The notes beneath the pieces were generated by a model. It had not been told where the DNA came from and made no database searches. It worked only from the letters and a program-made list of their open reading frames with translations. 64,000 nucleotides of DNA from Planctomycetota bacterium (lineage in GTDB: Bacteria > Planctomycetota > Phycisphaerae > SM23-33). Shown here piece after piece: positions 54,745-63,627 of this stretch. Where the stretch lies: NCBI GenBank assembly GCA_009908915.1, contig JAAAOJ010000018.1, forward strand, positions 6,282 to 70,281, read 5' to 3'. The stretch's first letter is position 1; the number at the start of each line of letters is the position of its first letter. The translations under genes and the position numbers were made by a program.

Positions 54745-54872
54745 CAGACTCCCCGGAACTTCTCTCCCGCTGGGAGAGATGGCCTGCGCAGCAGGTCAAA
54801 GAGGGCGCTTCGGGTGCCTGCAGAAGACCCTCACCGGCTCGAAGACTCGCCACCTCTCCCAACGGGAGAGGA
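54745..54872 (+). repeat. two REP-like hairpin elements in tandem
   Basis: gcagactccccggaacttctctcccgctgggagag (54745-54779) and ccctcaccggctcgaagactcgccacctctcccaacgggagagg (54828-54872). Confidence 0.75.
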
Positions 54873-54926
54873 GTTGGGAAATAAGGTACGCGGGCCTCAA
54901 GTCCTGCCCTCCCCGTGCTGCGATGC

Positions 54927-55760
54927 TCAGCGACCGTTGGGTCGCTGGCCGTTGAGGATGAGGTCGTTGATGGCCTTGCCCACACCATCGGCGTCGTTGT
55001 GATCGCTGACGTGGTCGGCTACCCGGATCGTGACGTGGTGACCGTTGGCCATCGCCACGCCGCAGCCGGCCCAGTGGACCATGCCCGCGTCATTGGCGTT
55101 GTCGCCGATGGCCATGATGTTCTCGCGCTTGATGCCCATCGACTCGGCCGATATGCGAATGGATTCAGTCTTGGACGCCGAGGCGTGCATGACCTGCAGC
55201 AGGAAGCTCTCGGTCTTGACCGTCGTGACCTCGTTGGGGATGTCGGTTTCAATCGCCCAGACCACCTGGTCCAGCCACTCCGGCTGGCCGAGCAGCAGCA
55301 GCTTGGTAACCGGCATGCGAAGCCACTCCAGCACCGGCCCCACGTGGTCCGGCTGATGGACCTTCTTGCTGGTCTTGTACGAACCGTCGCGGTACTTCGA
55401 GTCGTAGAAATCGGTGTACCACTTGTCGCCGACCTCCGCCGATACGCGGACCTGCGGATACCGCTGGCGAGCCCACTTGACAATGCCGCGGGCGATGTTG
55501 GCCGGAATCGGGCGATGAACCAGCACCTTGCCCGAGACCGTATCCCATGCCAGCGCGCCGTTGTAGTTGATCATCGGCGTCGTCAGCCCCAGTTGCAGGT
55601 GATAGCCTATGGCCGTACGGGGGGGGCGTGCGGTGACGACCATAAAGCGCACACCACGTTGCTTAGCCAGCTGTATGATGCCGGCCGTCGTCGGCGTAAT
55701 CTGCTTCTCGGAATTGAGCAGCGTGCCGTCAAGGTCCATTGCCACCAGGTTGATTTTCAT
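54927..55760 (-). CDS. Cof-type HAD-IIB family hydrolase
   Basis: 277 aa from MKINLVAMDLDGTLL (DxDGT motif), with VVTARP and IGDNANDAGM (motif IV). Confidence 0.85.
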   Translation of the reverse strand: MKINLVAMDLDGTLLNSEKQITPTTAGIIQLAKQRGVRFMVVTARPPRTAIGYHLQLGLTTPMINYNGALAWDTVSGKVLVHRPIPANIARGIVKWARQRYPQVRVSAEVGDKWYTDFYDSKYRDGSYKTSKKVHQPDHVGPVLEWLRMPVTKLLLLGQPEWLDQVVWAIETDIPNEVTTVKTESFLLQVMHASASKTESIRISAESMGIKRENIMAIGDNANDAGMVHWAGCGVAMANGHHVTIRVADHVSDHNDADGVGKAINDLILNGQRPNGR

Positions 55761-55941
55761 AGCATTTCTAAGTCGGCGGCCCCATAATAGTCTTTTTCCC
55801 CCGGTAAAGCTATCGGCGATGTGGGCCCCATTGGCCTGAGAGCAATTTTTTTCCGTTATGGGGAACCGCCGACCGCCAGAAACGTCCGACCGAGCAAAGA
55901 AGGCACACAAACGTCGAGCCAAGCTAAGAAGGATGCACGCC

Positions 55942-57930
55942 ATGAGCCGCCATATTCGCCCTTCCGTATGTTGCTGCCTGCTTGTTGTCGCCGTGGCCGC
56001 ACCGGCCCCCGCCGGGGAGAAGACAACCGGCCTGCATATCTCCGGCAGCAACGTCAGCGGCACCACACACATGAACGCCAAGGGCTTCACGTGGGATATC
56101 CGCACGGATCACGGCTCGGTGAACCACGGCACGAACTACCTTTACAGCAACGGCAAGTACCTCTACGTCCAGGGCAACAACTTCCACCACGGCGGCCGCG
56201 CACGCCGCGGCCGCACCGGCGACGAAATCGAATCCGGCCCTTGGAACCGTAACGGTCTGAGGATCTACCGCCGCGTGAAGGTCTTCAAGGACGACGGCGT
56301 GGCCCGGTGGCTGGACATCTACGAGAACCCCGGAAGCAACGACGTGACCGTCGACGTGCGGCTGCAGTCGCACATCAACTACGGCATCCAGAACCTGCAC
56401 ACCAGCAGCGGCGACGGCGTGTGGGACGAGGAGGATTTCGCCGCCGTCATCGATGTCCAGCGCAGCAACAACACGCCGTCGGTGCTGCACGTCATGTGCG
56501 GGCCGAAGTCCAAACTGCGCCCGGCCGTCCAGCAGCATCGCAATAATGTCATTCGGACGAACTACCGCCTGACCGTCCCCGCCGGCGAGACCGCCATTAT
56601 TGCCCACTTTGCCGTCCAGAACCACTCGACCAGCGACCTGAGAAAGATGATGAAGGACTTCAAGCCGACGGCCTATCTCGGCGACCTCAAATCCGCCGTG
56701 CGCAAGATGATCGTCAATGTACGTTTCGGCGGACTCGACTTCATCGACCTGAACCGTTCCGGCAAGGCCGACCTCGTCATGCTTCGCAGCGGCGACCCCG
56801 TCTTCGGCAAGGTCACGAATGCCGAATTCGTTATCGATTCGGCCTTCGGGCCCCTGACGCTGCCCGCCGACCGGCTCGTCGGGATGGCCACCAGACCCAA
56901 TGTTCGAGGCGTCTTCCAGGCCGTCCTCGCCGACGGCCAGCTCGTCTGCGGCACCCTCGCCGAGCAGACCGTGGAACTGACCGTCCCCGCCGCCGGCAAG
57001 CAGAGCATCCCCTTCGGCGACATCCAGCAGTGGTCCTTCCAGATCACCAGCAAACGCCCGGAGGAGATCCCCTTCAACGGCCCGCAACTGGTCATGCGCA
57101 CCGGCGACCGGCTGGCCTTCGACCCCGACAGCCTCGACCTCCAACTGCGCACACGCAGTGGGGCGATCCCGCTCGACGCCGAGGCCCTGCTGAGTATCGA
57201 CCTTGACAACCCCGCCCAGGCCATCCACCGCGTGAAATTCCTTAACGGCTCGATCCTGGCCGGCATCGTCGAGCCGCCCTCCTTCGACGTCGAACTGACA
57301 CTCAACACCGAACGCACACTGCAACGCAACAACGTCGCCCGGATCCTCTACGCCACCGAGGAATCGCGCCCCAGGCCGCTGACCCGAATCGATCTCAACA
57401 ACGGCGACCAACTCTACGGGCGGCTCGCCGAGGAATCGCTGCAGATTAAGGGCAAATACGGCCCGGTCACCGTCAAGCCCGCTAACATGCTGTCGCTACA
57501 GACCGTGCCCACCCAGAGCGGCTGGATCCGCCTGACGATGTGGAACGGCTCGGTCCTGCTGGGCGGACTCGACCAGGAAACGTTGGAATTCGTCATCGAG
57601 CCCGGCCCGACGATCAGCATCGATGCCGCACAACTCATCGCCGTCGCCCGCCCCGACGCCATGCCCCCCGAAGACATCCGCAAGAAAGTGGACGGACTCA
57701 TCGGGCGGCTGGCGGCCGAGAGCTTTGAAGACCGCCAGAAGGCGCAGAAGGAACTGGTCGACATGGGCCCGTCCATCCTGCCGCTGCTGAAGGACAACCT
57801 CGGCAGCAACGACCCGGAAGTCCGCCGGCGCCTGGAAGAGATCGTCGAGTCGCTCAGCCCGGCCGGCGGGGCGGTCGACAACAGCAATCCCGGCGCCCCA
57901 CCTCCACAGATCCTTAACTTACGAGGATAG
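55942..57930 (+). CDS. secreted repeat protein, paralog 1 (unknown function; C-terminal HEAT-like tail)
   Basis: Signal peptide MSRHIRPSVCCCLLVVAVAAPAPA, an N-terminal ~250-aa domain shared with the next ORF, six ~45-55-aa modules of type LxxGDxxxGxL...LxIP, and the tail ESFEDRQKAQKELVDMGPSILPLLKDNLGSNDPEVRRRLEEIV. Confidence 0.65.
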   Translation: MSRHIRPSVCCCLLVVAVAAPAPAGEKTTGLHISGSNVSGTTHMNAKGFTWDIRTDHGSVNHGTNYLYSNGKYLYVQGNNFHHGGRARRGRTGDEIESGPWNRNGLRIYRRVKVFKDDGVARWLDIYENPGSNDVTVDVRLQSHINYGIQNLHTSSGDGVWDEEDFAAVIDVQRSNNTPSVLHVMCGPKSKLRPAVQQHRNNVIRTNYRLTVPAGETAIIAHFAVQNHSTSDLRKMMKDFKPTAYLGDLKSAVRKMIVNVRFGGLDFIDLNRSGKADLVMLRSGDPVFGKVTNAEFVIDSAFGPLTLPADRLVGMATRPNVRGVFQAVLADGQLVCGTLAEQTVELTVPAAGKQSIPFGDIQQWSFQITSKRPEEIPFNGPQLVMRTGDRLAFDPDSLDLQLRTRSGAIPLDAEALLSIDLDNPAQAIHRVKFLNGSILAGIVEPPSFDVELTLNTERTLQRNNVARILYATEESRPRPLTRIDLNNGDQLYGRLAEESLQIKGKYGPVTVKPANMLSLQTVPTQSGWIRLTMWNGSVLLGGLDQETLEFVIEPGPTISIDAAQLIAVARPDAMPPEDIRKKVDGLIGRLAAESFEDRQKAQKELVDMGPSILPLLKDNLGSNDPEVRRRLEEIVESLSPAGGAVDNSNPGAPPPQILNLRG

Positions 57931-57949
57931 GCCACAAGGAGAAACGACC

Positions 57950-59851
57950 GTGCATCATCGAACTGTAATGATTGCCTTCTATGTCCTGGCCTACTGCGTC
58001 GTCGCCGAGGCGGCCGAGAAGAGTCCGCTGCTGGATGCGGGGGGCAATACCTCCCTGCCGTGGACGGTGCAGGACAAGAAGGACTACCGTTGGGATATCC
58101 AGGCCAATGGTACGGTGGGCGACGGCAATAACGACTGCTACGACGGCGGGCTGCAACTGTCGGTCCAGGGCAGCGGCTTCGGCGGCCACAGCCAGGCCGT
58201 CCTCTCCAAAGACGGCAAAGAGATCCAGCTTGGCCCGTGGAACTGGAGCAACAAGGTTCAGGTCTGCCGCCGGATTTACGTCGACAAGCAGGGCAGCTAC
58301 GCCCGCTGGGTCGACGTCTTCCATAACACCAGCGGCCAGGAGCAGAACCTGAAGATCCGCTACTACAGCAACCTCGGCAGCAGCATTCGCAAGTTTCGCA
58401 CGGCCGGCGGCAAGGACAGTCCCGAGCCGGACTGGGCGTTCGTGACGGCCGACCGAGGCAACACCAAGACGCCCGCGATCGTGCATGTGGTCGGCACGCC
58501 GTCGGCGAAGCTCCGGGCGACGATCAAGGCCGACGGCGGCCAGGACAACGTCTACGTGACATTCCGGCTGAAGATCCCTGCCGGCGAGTATGCCGCGCTG
58601 CTGAATATCCAGATGCAGCGGCCGGGTTTCGACGAAGCCGTCAAGGCCATGGAAGCTTTTGATGTTCACCGCGCGCTCCGCAAACTGCCTCGCGCGGCGA
58701 GGAAGGCCCTGGCCAACGCGGCCACGCCGACGCTCGCCATCGGCGGCCTGGAACTGCCGCGCGACGGCGAACAGGACGTGGTCCTGCTGAAGGACGACAC
58801 CGAACTGCTAGGGACGATCAACAACAAAGTCTGGACGATCGAGACGCCGCATGGCACGTTGGAACTGCCCGCCGCGCGGGTCGTCGGCCTGGAAACCGTC
58901 GGCATGGGCGACCGGCACGTGCGGTTGGCGCTAATCGACGGGCAAATCCTCGCGGGAACGCTGACGTCCGAGCCGCTGAAAATCACACTGGCCAACGGCA
59001 ACACGCTGTCGACGCCTCTCTGGCAGGTCCTCCGGGCCGGCTACCGCATCAGCGACGCCCGGCCCAAGCAGATCGAGCCCGACCAGCCCGTGGTCATGTT
59101 GCGAACCGGCGAGCAGTTGTTCTTCGACCCGGCCGATTTCGACGGCCAGTTACTCACCGAGTACGGCACGGTCACGCTTCGGCCGGCCGATCTGCGGGGT
59201 ATCATGCTCCAGACGTCCGAAGGCGGGCTGCACCGTGCGGTGTTCGCCAACGGCTCGAGCCTCTCGGGCCTGCTGCTGGCCGATACGCTGGAGACGCAAC
59301 TGCCGCTCGGCCCGACGCTTTCGGCCCGGCGGGCGACAATCCGCAAGTTTGCCTTTCCCGCCGAAAAGCCCGGCGGCGAGAAGGTCGCCGTCATGACGCT
59401 GCGAAACGAGAACGTCCTCCGCGGCGCCGTCGTCAGCGAGACGATCCGCCTGCTGAGCAACCGCGATGAGATCAGCATCGAGCCCGGCGACATCAAGGAA
59501 CTCACCCGGGCCGAGGGCGCCCTGCGAACGGTCATTGTCAAGCTCCACAGCGGCGCGACCGTCTCCGGCGACGTCGTCGACGACACCATCCGATTCGCGA
59601 TCCAGCCCGGCCCCCAGCTCGACGTCTTCATCGGCCACGTCAACAAGCTCACCTGCCCTAAGCGGGAGAAGCCGGCAGTCGAAGCTACACCCGAAGAAGA
59701 ACCGGAAAGCAACGACAGCAACTCCGAGAAGTCCGATGATGCTTCTGAACGTGACCGTCGGAAGGAAGCGGCCAAAAAGCTTGACATGATCGGCGTGGAA
59801 CTCAAGATGTTCGCGGAAGAAGAGCCCGCTGCGTTGCCCGTACCCGGGTAG
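57950..59851 (+). CDS. secreted repeat protein, paralog 2 (unknown function; acidic C-terminal tail)
   Basis: GTG start with AGGAG 8 nt upstream and a signal-like N-terminus. The N-domain aligns with paralog 1 (WDI..G.V..G...Y..G..L.VQG..F....DG.EI..GPWN....V.RR..V.K....ARW.D). It carries the same module type. Confidence 0.65.
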   Translation: MHHRTVMIAFYVLAYCVVAEAAEKSPLLDAGGNTSLPWTVQDKKDYRWDIQANGTVGDGNNDCYDGGLQLSVQGSGFGGHSQAVLSKDGKEIQLGPWNWSNKVQVCRRIYVDKQGSYARWVDVFHNTSGQEQNLKIRYYSNLGSSIRKFRTAGGKDSPEPDWAFVTADRGNTKTPAIVHVVGTPSAKLRATIKADGGQDNVYVTFRLKIPAGEYAALLNIQMQRPGFDEAVKAMEAFDVHRALRKLPRAARKALANAATPTLAIGGLELPRDGEQDVVLLKDDTELLGTINNKVWTIETPHGTLELPAARVVGLETVGMGDRHVRLALIDGQILAGTLTSEPLKITLANGNTLSTPLWQVLRAGYRISDARPKQIEPDQPVVMLRTGEQLFFDPADFDGQLLTEYGTVTLRPADLRGIMLQTSEGGLHRAVFANGSSLSGLLLADTLETQLPLGPTLSARRATIRKFAFPAEKPGGEKVAVMTLRNENVLRGAVVSETIRLLSNRDEISIEPGDIKELTRAEGALRTVIVKLHSGATVSGDVVDDTIRFAIQPGPQLDVFIGHVNKLTCPKREKPAVEATPEEEPESNDSNSEKSDDASERDRRKEAAKKLDMIGVELKMFAEEEPAALPVPG

Positions 59852-59929
59852 TCAATCCATGGCTCGCATTCCAAATGAACCGAATGAATCAAGTTGATGG
59901 GTGAGATTCCTTCAGCAGGCCTGTACCCC

Positions 59930-61822
59930 TCACGCCCGCCGCTGAACGGCCAGGACGGTGATATCATCCCCGTGACGGTGGTCCTCGAAGGTGTCGACCT
60001 CGCGGACGATCCGCTCAGACAGTCGCCGCGCGTCGCTGCCCGCCAGCTCGCCCAGCAGCTTGACGAGCCGCTCCTCTCCGAACTGAACGCCCTCCGGCGC
60101 CATCGCTTCGGTCACGCCGTCGGTGTACATCACCAGCGCCTCGCCCGCCTGCAGCGTTTCCTCGCCCTGGGCGTACACCCGGTCTTCGAGTGCGCCGAGC
60201 AACGGCCCGCTCTGCCCGTCGACCTTCCGCATCCGGCCGTCCAGTGACAGTACGAACGGTCGATTGTGGCCGGCGTTGGCATACGTAACCGTGCCGGTCT
60301 TGGTGTCGTAGTAGAAGAAGAACAGCGTCACGAACATGAGCGACTGGTCGTCGTTGTTCTCCAGCAGCAACTGGTTGGCCCGCGTGAGGACCTCGCCGGG
60401 TGGCAGATCCCCGCCGCGCGCCAGATTGCGGATCACGGTCTTCGCCACGGCCATGAACAGCGCCGCCGGCACACCCTTGCCGCTGACGTCGGCGATGAGC
60501 ACACCCAGCACACCGGGCCGTTCGGTTTCGAAGTAGTCGTAGAAGTCGCCCGCGACCTCCTTGGCCGGATGGTTCACCGCGTGCAGCGAGACGGAACCCA
60601 TGTTCGGCAGGTTCTCGCCGTTGACCGGCAGCATCGACTCCTGGATCGTTCGCGCCACCCGCAGTTCGCTGAGCGTGGCTTCGCGGGCCGCCGTCTGACG
60701 CGACAACTCCTGGACGTGGTCGTTAAGGTGATCGACCATCTTGTTGAACGCCCGCGCGACCTCGCCGATTTCATCACTGCTCTCGGCCCCGGCAACCTTT
60801 GCGTCCAGGTCACCCACGCCAAGATCTCCCACGGCCCGGGCCAGATTCTGGATCGGTCGCGTCATCGTCACGCTGACGACCAGCACGATCAGCTCCACCA
60901 AGCCCAGCGCGATCAGCAGGATGCCGATTTCCACCTCCAGGTACTCGTAGACCGGCGCGAGCACCCGGCTCTCCGGCACGACGGCCGCGTACGACCAGCC
61001 TGTCGCGTCAATCGGCGAGTAGACCGCCCACTTGCGTTCGCCCGGGGTATCGAGCGTCTGCACGCCCTCGCTTCCGGCGACCATCGCTTCGCCCAGGTGC
61101 CGCCAGTCCGGCATGTTGTGCGTCTCGGCCATCGAGGTGGTGCTCTCGGTCATCACGCACGTTTCGTCGGGATGGCAGAGGAACATGCCCTGGCGGCTGA
61201 CGACGATAACCTCTTCGTCCTCGACGCGATGCTCCTGCCATATCCTCCGCAGCCAGTCGATATCCACGTCGACCGCCACGGCTCCGATCGGCTGGCCGTC
61301 GCGGATAACCGGCACGGAATAGATGCTCACGAACCGCCCGTTGTCGCTGATGAACGGCTCGCCCCAACCGCCGCCACCCTCGACAGCTCGACGGTACCAG
61401 TCCCGGGATGTCGGCTCGGGCAGTTCACCTTCGACCAGCCCGCCGTCCACCCCGGCTGACGGGCGGCGGACATAGGGAGCCAAGCCCGCCCCGCTGCCGT
61501 TGCCATCCAACACGATGCCGGCCCATAGAATCGGCGGCGTCCGCTCCAACGCGCGCTCGAGCAGTTTCCACGTGGCCTCACGCGACATCTCGTCCCCGGC
61601 GGTCAGCACGTCGGCGGCGTGGTCCGCCACGCGTGAAATGCCCACCAGCGCCGCCTCCACGCGGGCCGATTGTGCCCGCGCCTGGCTGCGAAGGTTTGCC
61701 TGTGTCTGGGCGATCGAGACGTCTTTGGTCCGCACATAGTCCAGCCAGATCACGCCGAGGTAGACCGCCAGAAGCGGCAAGCCAATGGCCAGTATCAACT
61801 TGGAGCGTATCGACAGCTTCAT
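59930..61822 (-). CDS. sensor protein phosphatase: periplasmic Cache-like domain, HAMP, SpoIIE/PP2C domain
   Basis: TM, a ~270-aa extracytoplasmic region, a second TM, HAMP (TRPIQNLARAVGDLGVGDLDAKV...IGEVARAFNKM), then PP2C motifs AGDFYDYF, IADVSGKGVPAALFM, YANAGHN, MYTDGVTEA and DDITVLAV. Start at MKLSIRS. Confidence 0.85.
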   Translation of the reverse strand: MKLSIRSKLILAIGLPLLAVYLGVIWLDYVRTKDVSIAQTQANLRSQARAQSARVEAALVGISRVADHAADVLTAGDEMSREATWKLLERALERTPPILWAGIVLDGNGSGAGLAPYVRRPSAGVDGGLVEGELPEPTSRDWYRRAVEGGGGWGEPFISDNGRFVSIYSVPVIRDGQPIGAVAVDVDIDWLRRIWQEHRVEDEEVIVVSRQGMFLCHPDETCVMTESTTSMAETHNMPDWRHLGEAMVAGSEGVQTLDTPGERKWAVYSPIDATGWSYAAVVPESRVLAPVYEYLEVEIGILLIALGLVELIVLVVSVTMTRPIQNLARAVGDLGVGDLDAKVAGAESSDEIGEVARAFNKMVDHLNDHVQELSRQTAAREATLSELRVARTIQESMLPVNGENLPNMGSVSLHAVNHPAKEVAGDFYDYFETERPGVLGVLIADVSGKGVPAALFMAVAKTVIRNLARGGDLPPGEVLTRANQLLLENNDDQSLMFVTLFFFYYDTKTGTVTYANAGHNRPFVLSLDGRMRKVDGQSGPLLGALEDRVYAQGEETLQAGEALVMYTDGVTEAMAPEGVQFGEERLVKLLGELAGSDARRLSERIVREVDTFEDHRHGDDITVLAVQRRA

Positions 61823-61868
61823 CTGTCGCCTTCCTGCATCCGCGCGGATGGTTATTGTCCGCCCATGT

Positions 61869-63002
61869 TCAGCCTGCACAACGTCCTACCCGCCCGGCCA
61901 GTTCCGTCAGCGCCGCATCCATCGCCGTCGCCCGCAACGACCAGTCATACGGCTGGGCGGCCTGGCGGGCCAATCGTCGCTCGGCCTGGAGGTCGTCACC
62001 ATCGGCGGCGCGACGGGCCAACTGACGCAGACGGGCCGTCAGCGACGCCGCCTCACCGTCATAGAAGAGGATCGACCGCTCGCCATCCGCCGGGCCGAAC
62101 ACCTCCGGGTACGCGAGGCGCTGCGGCAACAGGACAGCCGCCCCCGACGCGCCGGCCTCGAGCATGCCAAGGCCGAAAAACTCGTGCTCGGCGGTCGAGA
62201 CCGCAACATCCATCTCGGCCAGGGCTTGCCGGTAGCTCGCCCGGTCCGGCTGGTATCCCCAGCGCACGACGCGGCTGCCCAGACGCTGTCGGGCCGCGGT
62301 GAACACAGGCGGAACGTCGCTGAACTGCTCGCCGATGACGCTCACGCGGCATTCCACGCCATCGCGTAGCAGGCCGTCCATTGCGGCGAAAAACATCTCC
62401 GGCCGCTTGTCGTGTTCCCATCGAGCGGCCCAGCCGATGTGCAGTGGCCCGGCGGCCCCATGCCGCGGCGGCGACCCGACGTCAATTCCCGGCGGCTCGA
62501 TGGCCGACCGCTCGCGGATGACGTCCAACTGCTCCAGCATTTGCGGTGGCCTCATCGTGCGGAGAAACGCGTGAAGGTGACGGAGGAACTCCTCGCGGTG
62601 AAAGGTCGAGTTGAACCACACCGCATCGGCAGCCATCGCGGTGCTCATGTTGATCATACCGAAATGCACGTCGCGCGGCTCGTCGTGGCGAACCGGGTAG
62701 CTCAACTGGTTCTCGTGGAAGTACGCCACCCGCGGCAGCCGGCCGACCGCCGGCGGGCACAGGCCGACAAACTCAGCGAGATTCAGCATGTCGCTGCAGA
62801 GCAGGACGTCCCACCACTCGCCGGCGTCGAGAAGGGTGCGGGCCTCCTCGGCGAAGGTGATGGCCGCGTGTCGCATCCGCCACTTCCAGCCGTGCGGCGG
62901 GGCCGTCAAGACGGTCCAGGCGTGTTCGCTGCGGGACCGCCAGCCTTCGATGAACGCCTGATGGCTGCCCCCGTAGTATGGCTCGACTGCAAGAATCCGC
63001 AT
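61869..63002 (-). CDS. DUF3524 plus GT1 glycosyltransferase (tRNA-queuosine alpha-mannosyltransferase/GTDC1-like)
   Basis: 377 aa from MRILAVEPYYGGSHQAFIEGW. WKWRMRHAAITF and AYFHENQLSYP are typical of the DUF3524 N-domain, followed by a GT-B C-terminal half (EHEFFGLGMLEAGASG). Confidence 0.7.
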   Translation of the reverse strand: MRILAVEPYYGGSHQAFIEGWRSRSEHAWTVLTAPPHGWKWRMRHAAITFAEEARTLLDAGEWWDVLLCSDMLNLAEFVGLCPPAVGRLPRVAYFHENQLSYPVRHDEPRDVHFGMINMSTAMAADAVWFNSTFHREEFLRHLHAFLRTMRPPQMLEQLDVIRERSAIEPPGIDVGSPPRHGAAGPLHIGWAARWEHDKRPEMFFAAMDGLLRDGVECRVSVIGEQFSDVPPVFTAARQRLGSRVVRWGYQPDRASYRQALAEMDVAVSTAEHEFFGLGMLEAGASGAAVLLPQRLAYPEVFGPADGERSILFYDGEAASLTARLRQLARRAADGDDLQAERRLARQAAQPYDWSLRATAMDAALTELAGRVGRCAG

Positions 63003-63103
63003 GTGCGCAAGTATAGGCCCATCGCGCACAAGAAGAAACAGCCCCGCAATGGACCCGAGGCTGCTCAATCAGACAAAGCAAGAGAATCTGTTGCCGTGAC
63101 ACT

Positions 63104-63300
63104 CCGTCGGCTCTTGCAAGGCGGCCGCGGGAAGGGCTGGCCTGCTGCCGGCCTTGGAGCCTGACGAGAGAGAAAACTGGTTCCCGTCGGCTCTTGCAAG
63201 GCGGCCGCGGGAAGGGCTGCCTGCTGCCGGCCTTGGAGCCTGACGAGAGAGAAAACTGGTTCCCGTCGGCTCTTGCAAGGCGGCCAGGGGCAGGACCGGC
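63104..63300. repeat. tandem 79-80-nt repeat (2 full units plus a diverged third), each unit foldable into a long hairpin
   Basis: cgtcggctcttgcaaggcggcc... recurs at 63105, 63185 and 63264. The arms gccggCCTTGGAGCC / GGCTCttgCAAGGcggc pair. The unit tail reappears at 63481-63510, after the nested element. Confidence 0.85.
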
Positions 63301-63317
63301 CTGGTGCCAGCCCCGCC

Positions 63318-63483
63318 CGGGCAGGTCGTTACGAAATGGGTTCCGTCGCGAGGCCGAAGCATTTTGCCGAGCATCAAGGAGCAACGACGCTGGCGAATCA
63401 GCGATTCGTCGAGTCTTTGCGACGCAGACGCGAAGGCAAAAGGATCGGCCGTAGCAGGAACAGCTTTCGAGACGAGCTGCCGG
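63318..63483 (+). repeat. MITE-like intergenic element, copy F (nested in the third 80-nt repeat unit)
   Basis: gcaggtcgttacgaaatgggttccgtcgcgaggccgaagcattttgccgagcatcaagg...cgaatcagcgattcgtcgag...cagctttcgagacgagctgc aligns with copies B, C and E. Confidence 0.75.
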
Positions 63484-63627
63484 CCTTGGAGCCTGACGAG
63501 AGAGAAAGTTGTTGTGCCTGTTGCCCCCAGGCACTCGGGGTCTCTCATTGGTTTCCGATATTCGGTTTTCATGTTGCTGCCTGCATCTGGTTCGGGCCTA
63601 TCGCCCGCGGCAGCTCGTCCCTGCGGA

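Noticed and set aside
63155-63195. Hammerhead-ribozyme-like string CUGACGAG...GAAAAC...CGUC inside each 80-nt repeat unit, flanked by GAGCC/GGCUC
   Set aside because: There is no room for helix II between CUGANGA and GAAA (only AGA). Helix III and cleavage-site geometry cannot be built, so this is a coincidental resemblance.
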